A stretch of DNA of 52,350 bases, counting the filler, from Bipalium vagum (taxonomy: Eukaryota), in the NCBI GenBank assembly GCA_037834085.1. It is 3 parts of 3 records of this genome, joined end to end, with 100 filler letters (N's around TTAATTAATTAA, not from the genome) between each part and the next. Parts side by side here need not be neighbours in the genome. Positions count along the whole stretch, not along the records: positions 16,930 to 34,001 come from JBBMKC010079832.1; positions 34,102 to 52,350 come from JBBMKC010034717.1; 1 more part is not named here. One strand, 5' to 3'. Position numbers and translations under genes: made by a program. Below the pieces are notes generated by a model. It saw only the letters and a program-made list of their open reading frames with translations, did not search any database and was not told the DNA's origin. Shown here piece after piece: positions 25,501-37,055 of this stretch (the first letter of the stretch is position 1; each line of letters starts with the position of its first letter).

Positions 25501-27905
25501 AAATCCCGTTCTAAAACATTGATTTTCGATTGAATATTGCAGAAAATCTCTTTTGACACTTCCTGGGCATTTTGCGATGTCATTTTTGGAAATTTCTCTC
25601 CACTCCACGAATTCATTACAGATTGAACGAAATCATCCCAATCTTTCCCGTCTCTCTGGCTAGGAGAAGATTCGATTGCTTCTTTGATGGAATCGTGAAA
25701 TTTCCGCAACATCGCTTTACATATTTCTCCTTTGTCTAAAAAATTAACAGAAATGGTTTCCGATGATTTCGGTATCGTCTCAATTTGATTTTTATCTTTA
25801 TCATCGATTTTTGATCCAACTGATACAGCCATCTGTTCCTGTTTTATATTTGCATCGTCAATCGATTTTTGATTATCCGATTCATCAACCAAGGAACCTG
25901 TAAACGGTTTATCCAATTTCTCATTTACCACAGTCTCATCAACAAAAGTTGAACAGAACCCAGGTGTTTTCATTTGCTGCTGATAATATAAAGTTAAAAT
26001 GTCCTCATCGGTCAATGGAGCAAATCGACTTTGTCTTTTTTTTCTCGTTCTAGATTTTCCTGTTTCGGCTTTTTCATCATTATCCTCTTTTTTTTCATTG
26101 TTTAAGTCTATGGTTTTGGATTGATTAATTGAAAACTCATCATTTTTCTCTTCCCATACATCAACTAATTGAAAATTTTCCAGATCCAAAATATCCATAT
26201 CCCCAGCTCCCAGTTCCATGTCTTCAGGAACAATTGATTTCTGGATCCCTGAATGTCCCACATCAATCGACGATTGTTCCATTGAATCATCATTGATATT
26301 CATTTCTTCATTTTTCAAACACGAATTTCGTCCGTCTACCTTTCCGTGTTCCACAAATCGATCCCAATTCCAAAATTCATTCTGAATATCATCGCCATTC
26401 ATCATTAAATATTCCATGGCGATTTCTTGATCACAACAGTTCAACACGGCTCCTTCGCCCGATTTGTTCTGGGACCTACATGCTTCTGTTAAACCTTTAA
26501 TGTACTCATCAGTTTTACATGGATCAGTCTGTACATTTTTATAATAATGGACAATCACATCCTCGAGAACTTGATAAGCCGAATCCCAATTCAAACTCGA
26601 GTCTCTCATGAGCACCTTTCTGATGTCATCACCTCGCTGAAAACTGACACCCAATTCTTTATTTGCATACTTTTGTAACTCTTTCTTCATCTTTCTCAAC
26701 ATCGATTTCAATTTTTTCGGCATTGCAGGAATAAATTTTGGATTCTTTGAACAGCGCAAATGTCGTATTTTACCTTGAATAGATTTAAACTTAAAGATCA
26801 AAGAAAGAGAAATTTTCCCAATAAATACTCGTTTTTCTGTCTTATACATGTTTAGACAATTTTTTAATTTATTAATCGATCATAAAATCGACATGTTAAC
26901 AGTGATCTGTTTATTAATAAATTTTCTTAAAAATAAATACTCAAAGTTTATGTTTAATAAAATAATTAATAATTGATTTTTATAATAATTTCTTAAAAAT
27001 TAATAATAGTAAATATTACCGAAAATTACATAATAATTATACAATTCTAACGACCTTTATTTTTTAAAAAATCTTATAAGACTTAAATTGCTTCACACAA
27101 TTCAGATTTTTATTATTTGATAAATATTATAAATGTAAATATGAATATAATTAAAGGCAAGGAAAAAACGATTTAAATTCATAAAATAAGCAAAATTTAA
27201 ATTAAAAATTATAATTTTGGGAAAATAGATATATACTTAAAACAAAATTTATGAAAATAATCTTTTTAAATTAATAAAATAACTATAATAGAAAGACTTC
27301 AATTAGAAAATACCTCGACGAGATTCATTGAAACAAATGTCTCGAATTGCTTTACATCGCACACTAATCAATCTCAACTTTAGATTATCCATCAATGAAT
27401 GATCGCGGTATAGTTCTTTATATACACGACTTATCAAATAAATTGAATTCAAGTGTTTCTTTAAAGACAGATTGTTACGAACACTAAAGTTATATAATTC
27501 ACCTAAAAATTGTTAATTTAAAAACTATAAAGATAGGATCTCACCCAACTTGATTTTCTTAGAATTTTCAATGGATTTTATACATATTATTTGCTTTTTA
27601 AAAATGGAATTCAAACTTTTCTCCAATTCATTTATTACTTTAGGCACTGGCTCATTTGGTATTATATCTGAAATAATTAAAAATATAACTATTTAAAATA
27701 AGCTTACATTTTTCAACAGCATCATTTTGCAATTTTATTAACGAAGATTTTAGTTTTGATAAAATTCGGTCACCATAGTCTGGTATGTATATATCACTTA
27801 TATCTTCCAATTATAAATAATCTTATAAAAGTATTAAAATAAATTACTTGAACGATTCTTGAAAATATCAAAATGCAATATTAAGCTTTTATTTTCAGAA
27901 CTCAT
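22527..27905 (-). CDS. TASOR/FAM208A-like protein (C-terminal DomII + PIN-like domain), ~1142 aa, 9 exons
   Basis: Exons 27905-27848, 27803-27708, 27667-27545, 27502-27314, 26773-24717, 24505-24430, 24372-24290, 24220-23811, 22863-22527. All are GT-AG and phase-consistent, totalling 3429 nt. C-terminus RKVFVVDSHDKGSSMAHLVKSFLQKNN...LHVLVHQD...ISLLLLKNNSSVHFLSYIDVESV...IFLDHHAL...ENIRNMLEFM...IWCLKIPCSVYRYF...FRHFCILTDN...YGVAVLPLNTFL is collinear with recalled TASOR (KFYI...EIKEYL...LLIIIQNED...IPGLVTLKKLPCVSFAGVDSLDDV...IVSDESIL...ENLKNFLTFL...WQWKVHCKFQKKL...QRHIVFLTEK...NGIVVATAEDFM). Gene model is high confidence; family assignment moderate to high. Confidence 0.72.
23084..23574 (+). mobile_element. 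Internally deleted pogo/Tc2-like element (491 bp) in the last intron of the TASOR-like gene
   Basis: TA duplication on both sides; 24 bp TIRs CCGTAAATACTCGAATATAAGTCG / CCATAGATACTAGAATATAAGTCA; internal NLKRPDLLTVTGWTKTAWDKINAPLISYSFKKTGISNKMDGTED, the pogo transposase C-terminal motif. Confidence 0.9.
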
Positions 27906-28230
27906 CAAAAGCAACAATTATTAAAACAATAACATTAAATAATAACAGGAATTAAGAAATAAAAATTATGATTTGGATTTTGATTAATTCTCGAGTATTT
28001 ATTAATTAACTTGACTAATAATTTAAAAATATGATTAAAATTTGACAGTTTAATTTTGATTTATTATTCTTTTAAAAATTGAATTTTACTCAAAATCTCA
28101 ATACAAAATTTCTGAAACTAAAAAGTTTAAGTAATTTACGTATTTTAATTTTATTGTTAAAAACTGCATTAATTAATTAATTAATTGTAATAATTGAAAT
28201 AGTTTTTGGAAAGAAGAAGTAAAATATTAG

Positions 28231-31200
28231 ATTACCTAAGAAGTGGGCTTCGTTTGCAAAATGCTTTAAGCCCATCACGTTTCTTTCAAATTACTATACT
28301 GCAAACTTTAATTTTAAATTCCCAAGAAAAATGCCCTGTTTCATTAACAAATTCTAAAGACTACATGAGATACAATGCCGTCAATATGTTTGGAGCAACC
28401 CCTGTAATTTACATATAATGATGAAAATATATAATTATAAGTACTTTAATGAAGTCTAGATTTAAATATACCAAAGAATATGTTAAAGCACATTTTTCCA
28501 CAAAAATATTTTGAAAGTGAAATTTTTTCATTTGTAGAAAAAAAAATTTTTCAAAAACATGATTATTTAAGTTATTTTGAATAAAAGATTGTAAGACAAT
28601 GAAATAGGTTTTATTAACATTTACAGTTATATTAGGCATTTCAGTAAGCAGTTTACTGCAACATACTTAAAATTAATAACTTGTATTCATGCCTTTATTT
28701 TTTATTACCTCTTGATCCTTCTTGCCAGGCTTTCATACACACTTTATTTGAGAAACTGGAATCATTGTCTACTAGACCTCTGACATTCCCCAAAGTGTCT
28801 TAATATTGGTTGGTCTTCAACAAGCAATCTAGGCTTTCAGATCAGCCACAAAGACTCAATTATATTTAGATCTTGTGACTGAGCCGGCCAATTACTGAGA
28901 ACACATAATTTTGACTTGTCCAAGAATGATGATACCAATCTTGCTTTATGACATAGGGCTCCGTCCTGCTGAAATATATCTTGTGACTCATATAATAGCA
29001 ATAACCATTTCTTTATTAAATCCTGATAGACAAAAGAATCCATGCGATAGGGACACATTATAAGAATTCTGGTGTCATCTTCTTTTATAGCACTCAAACT
29101 ATTAAACTCTTACCTCCGAATTTCATAGTGGAATATATCTGAATCCTTACGGTTTGCGAACGTATTTTCTTCTTCTGAAGAACAGTTCTAACCTACATTC
29201 GTCAGTAAAAATGACCACATTCAAAAAAGAAGGAAGTAATTTCTAATAGTCTTTGCACGACTTTAAGCGATTCTTTGTGTGTTGCTCATTTAATAGTGAT
29301 TTCTTCGCTACAATCTGTCCAAACAAGTCATTTTTCTTAATATTACTTTTAACAGTACTTATGGAAGAGGTTTGACTTGCTTCCCAATCAGACAAAAGTT
29401 TTGGGGAATAACGAATAAACAATCTTTAAGATCTCTGTGTATTTTTTTGGCTTACAACAACTTTTACATATATTTTCCAATTTTTTTTTAAACTTGAGTT
29501 GAATACGTTGCACTGAATGCCGTGAAATATTAAGCAGTGAAATATTTTCAATAACTAACCATATTTAACCAAAATATTTCTAAAGTAGAAAAATATATTA
29601 GGCAAAAATGAGTAAAATATCATAAATATAGCTTTTATTTATTAAATTATTGAAACTTGAAAATAGTTTATACATTTTAATTATTTACAAATTTTAAAAA
29701 ACGGATTTTATAATAAATTTAATTTTCACAATTATAAACCACTCAATATTAATAATTTTTTTAGCGACTTATAAAGCTAACATCAAAATATATATAAATT
29801 AAAAAAGTTCTAATCATAAAACTTTAATATAATTTGTAATCTACATTTATATGCATTTTTACAGGGTGCCTCCAAACATACGTACGTTCTTTTCTTTTGG
29901 TCTTGATCCCATCCTGAACTGGAATTTAATTTTCCTGATCGATAATATCTTGCTACATGCCAAATTTTCTGAAAATTAAAAAAATTCTTTGCTCTTTGTT
30001 CATGTCGCTCCAATTCCATACTTCTATTCATACTACTGTCCATTTTTCATTTTTCTGATTGTACAAATTATCGATAGTATTCCTTAAATATTCATTTCTG
30101 TCTTCTAGGATTTTTTCTCAAACTCACCCAGATCCTCACAATCTACTAACCATAATGATCTTCTCAATTTGTATCAATCCTATAAAAATTGATCCTCTAC
30201 TATCTTCTTAATTGTCTTCGTCCATTGATTCTTTATTCCGAAAGTGCTAATAAATCAATTTGATGTGTATTTCCATACATGCTAATATGCTCTTTGTTTT
30301 CTTTGATAAAACATCTGTCTATCTACTCTACATATATTTCCTGGGATTAACTTTTTAGTTAAATCTTACTATTTTTGCTCAACTATTATTAGCCAACTTA
30401 ATATCATAATACACTTGGAGTCATTCCACTCAAATGAATTATCCTCTCATCATTTTAGTCTCATTACATTCTAATGCTTCTGCAGCCTGCCTATATTTCG
30501 AAATAAAATCTGCAAATTCTAATGGGTTTCCACTAAATGTCATAATCGGTAACTTCACTATCTCATAATCAATTCTTGCAACTTCCTTAACTTTCTCTGT
30601 AATATTTTCTGATTCTACTTCTTGATTAAGCTCTTCAATATCTTCTTCCTTTTCCTCATATAAACTTTTAAGTATCTTCGTTAATCTTCTTGTTAGTAAT
30701 CCTTGTAAATCTACATTTGATTTCCTCTCATTTGCTAGACTACTTTTCTTAACACTTACTGGTTCTCACTAAAAAATATTCACACTAAAAACAGACCTTT
30801 ATACAATTCCGGCTTTATTAAAAAGTTCCCAAAAAGAGTTTAAACAAACAATTCAATGCCACACATGACGACCTAAGTATTGGTGAAAGCGATTGATTGT
30901 TTCATTTCTTTTTTATTTTAACATTTTTCTTGATTTTTTCTTCAAAATAACTTTTGCCTTGATTTACATAATTTACAATTTTTATTAAAAAGGAAATTTA
31001 GTTACCGATTTTATTTATTCATTAGTGGTGTTTATTGATTAATATTTCAGATTATTGTATTTGAAATTCTTAACAATTGATCATCATTTTCGTTATTTAT
31101 ATATTTTTTAATTAAATTTTTAAAAATCATTTTGATGAAATCATTTCCTTCATTTGTCATTGGTCAAGGAAAACCCATATTATACAACTCGTGACATTGT

Positions 31201-31999
31201 GGGTATTACCAATGTCCATTTCAAGTCATTTGTTTAAGATGGGTTGTGTCTAGTTACAATATTTGGATGCCATAACATTTAAATGAAAAAATTTAATCGA
31301 GCTGAAATTGCTGAAGCGAAATCAAGAAGTCCATCGTGTACCACGAACTTTTAAAATCAAAAGAAACAATTACTGTGGAATGATATCAACATCATCTAAA
31401 ATGATTAAAAATGAATTGAATAAAAAAGATCTGAAATAATAAAAAAGTAATAATAATAAATCATCATTTCTGAGTTAAGTAATTAATAATAATAATAATT
31501 AATCATTAAAATAAAGGTCGATCCCCAGAATATCGGGTCAAGTTAATTAGTATTAAATTTAGGGTGGCTGTGATATAAACCTAGTTAAGAAAGAAGCCAG
31601 ATTTTGTGGATTGGCTAATATAAAAATTGGTGAGATAAAAGTCAATCCAATAAACAGATGCCGCGTTTTCTTATATGTACCTTTCTAATCATTATTTGGT
31701 ACTATCCAAATAATCCAAATGAATTTATTTTTCGTTTTATCGTTGACCGTGCATAACTATTATTACTTCCCTTTTGAGAATAACTAACTAGAACAATTTG
31801 GAGCTCATTTTAAAATTAATTTTTTTTTACATATAAATTTGTTATCATCAAAGACTTTATTAAAATTAAATCAATATTTAATAAAACAATAAATTCTAGG
31901 AAATGTTATCCCCAGATTTTTCCTTGGATTTTCAGAAATTTATGGATTAGTTCACAGAAATTAGCAGATACATGTAATGAATTTCTGTCAGATTCGTGA
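28231..31999 (+). CDS. Candidate 3' exons of the KIAA0825-like gene (28231-28403, 31563-31676, 31900-31999)
   Basis: Open, exon-like segments with AG acceptors: DYLRSGLRLQNALSPSRFFQITILQTLILNSQEKCPVSLTNSKDYMRYNAVNMF (phase-1 acceptor fits the donor at 16733), GGCDINLVKKEARFCGLANIKIGEIKVNPINRCRVFLY, and KCYPQIFPWIFRNLWISSQKLADTCNEFLSDS*. Weak similarity to the recalled KIAA0825 C-terminus. The phase of the last junction is unresolved. Confidence 0.4.
28660..29560 (-). mobile_element. Degenerate Tc1-like transposon
   Basis: VVIFTDECRL, MKFGG and IFQQDGALCHKARLVSSFL...NWPAQSQDLNIIESLW; boundaries approximate. Confidence 0.9.
29900..30770 (-). mobile_element. Decayed gag (same clade as 19101)
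   Basis: Coiled-coil N-terminus, then LPIMTFSGNPLEFADFISKYRQAAEALECNETKMMR; eroded knuckle FFNFQKIWHVARYYR (cf. CFNCQKxGHVARxC). Confidence 0.75.
31130..31440 (+). mobile_element. Mariner transposase fragments
   Basis: ENPYYTTRDI, SSYNIWMP*HLNEK (cf. WVPHEL) and VYHELLKSKETIT. Confidence 0.65.
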
Positions 32000-32841
32000 C
32001 CAGATGCTTAGATGCTAATTTGCCAGCAATGCACAATCTTAACAAATATTATATAATATAAAATATTATTTTATAAAATATAGATTACATATTTTTACAG
32101 ATCAATGTAGCGTGTTTCCAGAGTGATATGACTGGTTCTGTACATTTTTTATCGATAGAAAATACTTCTCTACCTAACTGAATATATATATCACCACAAA
32201 ATAAGTTCATGATAGTACGAGGATAATTCAACCACCACAAGACTCCTGGTATTTAGATTTAATTGAATTTCAGCTGTTAGACAAATCTATTTATACTTTT
32301 GAAGGGGAGAAAATCGTAATCATTAATATTGCAGAAACGAAAAAATGGACATCTCTCATAATTCCACATGGTTTTTAATTCATCATCATGATGAGAATAA
32401 AGTAGGATGTCCACTTTCGGAAAAAACGTAAATTACTTCAATTAATAAAACAAAATATATTTAATATTATTAAGAAGATATAATATTATTAGTCAGATTA
32501 AAGCAGATTTTTACAGGAATAAATATTTGTAAATTTAAATAAATAATTAAATAAATAAAAAAATATATATAAATATTTCTACGTTTTTCATAATAAATTC
32601 TATATGGCTAACACTTTTGAGCATGAGTATATATATATATATATATATAATAATAATAATTATACATATATACATGTATATATAAAATTTTTTTTGTTAA
32701 AAATGATTAAATAATTTAATTATTCAGATTAAAAATATCAACTAAAGAAATTACATTTAGCCCATTAGGGAATAAAAAATTAATTAAATTGAGTAGAAAA
32801 ATTCTACTATTATGAAAATATTTTAATTTATTATTTTCAAA

Positions 32842-32903
<62 letters not shown>
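32842..32903. repeat. (ATT)n microsatellite
   Basis: Directly visible. Confidence 0.95.
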
Positions 32904-32904
<1 letters not shown>

Positions 32905-33409
32905 TATTTTTAAAATTAATATTAAAATTATTCATTTATTTCAAAGACTAATTTTTCTAATGATTCAGATCCAATTAATCAACATTCGTTATTTCCGATG
33001 TAATCATTAATCATTTCTCTTTAATTTTTGTTTTAGTCAGATCAAAACGGAAAATAAAATATTTCTTTTGATAAAAGTTCAAAACCAAAAATAAATTTTT
33101 ATCTATTAAATTAAATTATTTTATTTTTGTATTAATTGAATCAGTAATTTTATTTTAGGAAAATTTATTCCCATTGGATTTTGCCAAATAAAAATAGATA
33201 AAAATATTAGGTTATTTTTTTAATGTTTTTTTTCATTTTCTGATTTATTATTTGTATTTGAAATATAATTTTAATGTCAAAAGATGAATGAATCAAAAAA
33301 ACTATATCAAGTGTCTTATTCATATTTCTGTAATTATTTTATTATGGTTTCTTACTAATTATGCTTTATTTAGAATTATTTAGATTTAATTTAATCTTAC
33401 TTAAATTTC

Positions 33410-33768
33410 TTTTAGTTTGTATTGGAAAATATATACAGTGATTCGACGAATGTTGAACTCTTTTTCAAAAATATAATATAATTATAATAACGGATAATGT
33501 CTCATTCCATAAGACAATGGATGTAAAAAGGTGGTTAAATGAATCAGGACATGAGCAAGTCTTGCTACCTCCGTATTCACCTTTTATCAATCAAATAGAG
33601 GAAGTATTCGATAAGTTGAAGGTTGTTGTTGTAGCTTCAGATCATCCTAACAATCGGATTTATTTGATAACCTCTATTACAAAATCCATAACTAATATTA
33701 GTCCAGTTGAAATCAACAATTACATAAAACATTATCGTAGTTTATTCAACTCTTCTTGGATCGGCTAG
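33410..33768 (+). mobile_element. IS630-Tc1 (DDE_3) transposase C-terminal remnant
   Basis: IIITDNVSFHKTMDVKRWL...LLPPYSPFINQIEEVFDKLK. Confidence 0.85.
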
Positions 33769-33926
33769 AAATAAAAAAATCGCCAGTAAGAATAAATACT
33801 ACAAAGGAATCTTGAATTGTGGAAAAAGATTGAAATCTGTTTGAACATTTAAATCTTGTTGTCTGGATGTGTTTTGTTTGTACAATCTTTTAATTATTTG
33901 TTTGTGTAACATGGATTGTAACCGAT

Positions 33927-33946
33927 TAATAATAATAATAATAATG

Positions 33947-34001
<55 letters not shown>
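33927..34001. repeat. (AAT)n microsatellite abutting a gap
   Basis: Directly visible. Confidence 0.95.
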
Positions 34002-34101
34002 NNNNNNNNNNNNNNNNNNNNNNNNNNNNNNNNNNNNNNNNNNNNTTAATTAATTAANNNNNNNNNNNNNNNNNNNNNNNNNNNNNNNNNNNNNNNNNNN
34101 N
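34002..34101. other. 100 nt assembly gap with artificial TTAATTAATTAA linker (34046-34057)
   Basis: Identical structure to the first gap. Confidence 0.95.
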
Positions 34102-37019
34102 ATTTGTTGTCTTTAAAATAAACGCATTTTGTTATTTTTAAAAAAATCCGCAGAATTAACTGGTACACCTAATATTATTAATAATGTAAAAATTATTATT
34201 AATATTATCATTATTATTATTAATTATCGGCGAAATGAAAAATATTTCAAATATTATAAATGATCGACATAAAATGGGTATGGGTGCATGTAATATGAAT
34301 GAAGATGGTGTGAAATAAGAAATGAAATTTAACATACCAACGATTTACATATATTATTTGTATAAATACACATGTGACATTGTGCCAAACTTCTCGTCCT
34401 TGGCCAAAGGAAGCAATGAACACAGGTTTCTAAAAGTCTACCACACAAATTTCCACGACGTTCATAAATCACCAGTCTGTGAATGGTACTGATGGCACTA
34501 ATGGCGGGAGGTGTGCACTGGTACATGTGTCGGAAGATGCATTTTGATGCTGATTGATTTCATGGAGAGACTGATAGAAATGGCGATACATGTCCAGAAT
34601 AATGAAACAGAATGAAAAACCACCGAGATGAAATTTAGAAGCAGGAAAACATGTTCCAGTGGTATGTTTTCCGATAAAGTACATGAAAAAGAACATTTTG
34701 AATATTGTTTTAAAGGGTAACCCATCTTAAGAGCCCCCGTTATAAAGATGTATTCTGGTTACAATCAATTCTTCATTGTTACAATTATGGCTTATTATTA
34801 TTATTATTATGAAAAAGAAATATTATTGTTAAGTATTAAAATTATAAAGAAAAATATTTCATTTGTCGGTAGGAAAAGGTCAGATTAATCCATTCTACAT
34901 AGATTTATAATGCCAAATATATCACGAATTATAAAACTGTGTGACTTCATTGTTAAATAAACAATGAAGTAATAATTGAATTTGGATTAAAATTTTTCCG
35001 TCGAAGGCCCCAAGATGAAATATGAAATAAATTAAAAAACGACTCTTACTTTACTGATAACAGGAATAATAATTATAAATGTACTAATGAAAATAAAAAT
35101 GTATTAATATTTTATATTCATTATAAGAAATGCTCTGAAATGATATTTTCCATGCTGAAAAGATAGTGAAGTGCTTTATTTTGTAAAAGGTTTCAAAGGA
35201 TTAGGGAAAAACAATTACAGAAGCAGAACTATCAGAAATAGACCAAAATTAGGGGGATTACTATATTTTTTGAGAAAAATGTTGTTAAATATTGTGCTTC
35301 TGTTTTACAGGATGTTTAAGATATTATATAAATATATTTTTATAAATCCATCCGACCTTTACTTGTTTAAGTACGCTAATATATCAATAATATCAATAGA
35401 TCAAAAATAAATATTATCAATATTGCGATCATGCAGCTCTTCTCTAACTTTCAAATGAAAAATTAGGCAAAAATAAAAAATCAATAAATACTAAAACAAT
35501 GTTATAAAACATTTTTTTGTCAATCCTTATTTGAAAACTTATATTGATTAATGCAGAAACGCAGAAATAAAAAAAATTTCTATTAATATTGATTTTAAAT
35601 GACCAATGAAAATCGAGAATATTAATAAATAATTTTTCAGTAATAATAATATTAATAAATTTCAAAGTGGTGAAATATTCGTTAATCCTTCCTAATCTTT
35701 AAATTTATCACTGTTTTTGAAAGAGGATTAAAAAAGCGAGTTTTCTTCGTGCGCAGCGAGCCCTCACCTTTCAATTTAATATTATCGATCTCGTACAGGT
35801 TAACGTAATATATCAGTTTACATTTTTAATATGTCACTTTCGACCAAATTCCAATTTTCAATAAGATCAATCTGTGATCCAGCCATTGTAAAAGTGCACC
35901 GTTCGTTTTTCCAGCATGTCTGAAATACGACTCTGAAAAAATTCATAAATTAATAACCTTCTGGAAAGTTTTGGACCAATTTCATTGTCTTCGGGATTAA
36001 TGTATATTCAATGACTTCAATTTATAATTCCAAGAAAAATCGTCTTTCAACGTATAACAAGACAATTTATTACTTCTGCCTGAGACTGGATTGATTAAAA
36101 TTATATTTTTAATTTCAGTATGAAATTATCCCGAAATTCCAAGACGAAATCACTATCACCCCTCCTCACAATTATAAGATTCAGAAATTATTATCATTAT
36201 TCTCAAATTTCATTGGTTAATAATAATATTATTTAAATAAAAATTTACTGGGTCTCTTGTTAGGATTTAAGCAAAAATTTTTAAATTCAGTATTTTTTAA
36301 AAAATAAATCATGGTCCAACAACGAACGGGGGAAAATATGGCGATTCTAATTCTTGATACAAATTCCAATTGGACTGAGATTTTAAAGAGTTAAACTGAC
36401 CAACTTGGCTGAACGAATCGGACTAAAGTTGATGGCGATTAGACAACTTATGTGGACTTTTCCAAGACAGTGAACGCGTGATAATTTCATTTGGAAATTA
36501 GTGAGATTAAACGAATCCTCGTTGGAGGAGAGGGACTTTGACAATAGTTCGATAGGAAGTGTGAAAAAAAAATTCCCTTTTCCCTTTCTCAAAAGAATCT
36601 CATAATTAAAATATATTCCAATTATTTTCATGATGATGATTATTATTATTGTTAGTGATAGTAGTAATAGTAGTATAAGAATTTAGGTATTAAAATTTTT
36701 GGATTATAAAGTATTACAATTTCATTTTGATAATAACATGGGAAATGGGACAAATTTTACGACGTCGAAAATGATTTCTAGACCCAACCGATTAATTAGA
36801 TATCACCAGATCAATTTTGAAATGATTATTGATTAAATATAATTAATTTCAATATTATATTTAATGGTGATATTAGTTTATGGAAATATAGATTTAATAA
36901 TAATAATAATAATAATAATAATCTGTTTATTTATATATTTTATTATAATCTTTTATAACTTTATATTATAGGTAATAAGATGTGTTAAAAATTAGAACCT
37001 CAGGTCATAATCACATTAG

Positions 37020-37055
<36 letters not shown>

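Noticed and set aside
24742-25533. Plus-strand ORFs overlapping the large TASOR-like exon (also 23938-24180)
   Set aside because: Antisense shadows of a real coding exon.
24708-26849. 713 aa ORF as a standalone single-exon gene
   Set aside because: Splice sites at 26773 and 24717 join it in phase to flanking exons; it is an internal exon.
32100-32380. LDKSIYTFEGEKIVIINI as an arrestin LDKELYYHGE exon
   Set aside because: Surrounding residues do not match, the frame ends in a stop, and there is no compatible donor.
34558-34603. FHGE...AIHVQNN resemblance to arrestin YHGE...VHVTNN
   Set aside because: Needs a frameshift and lacks splice signals; probably chance.
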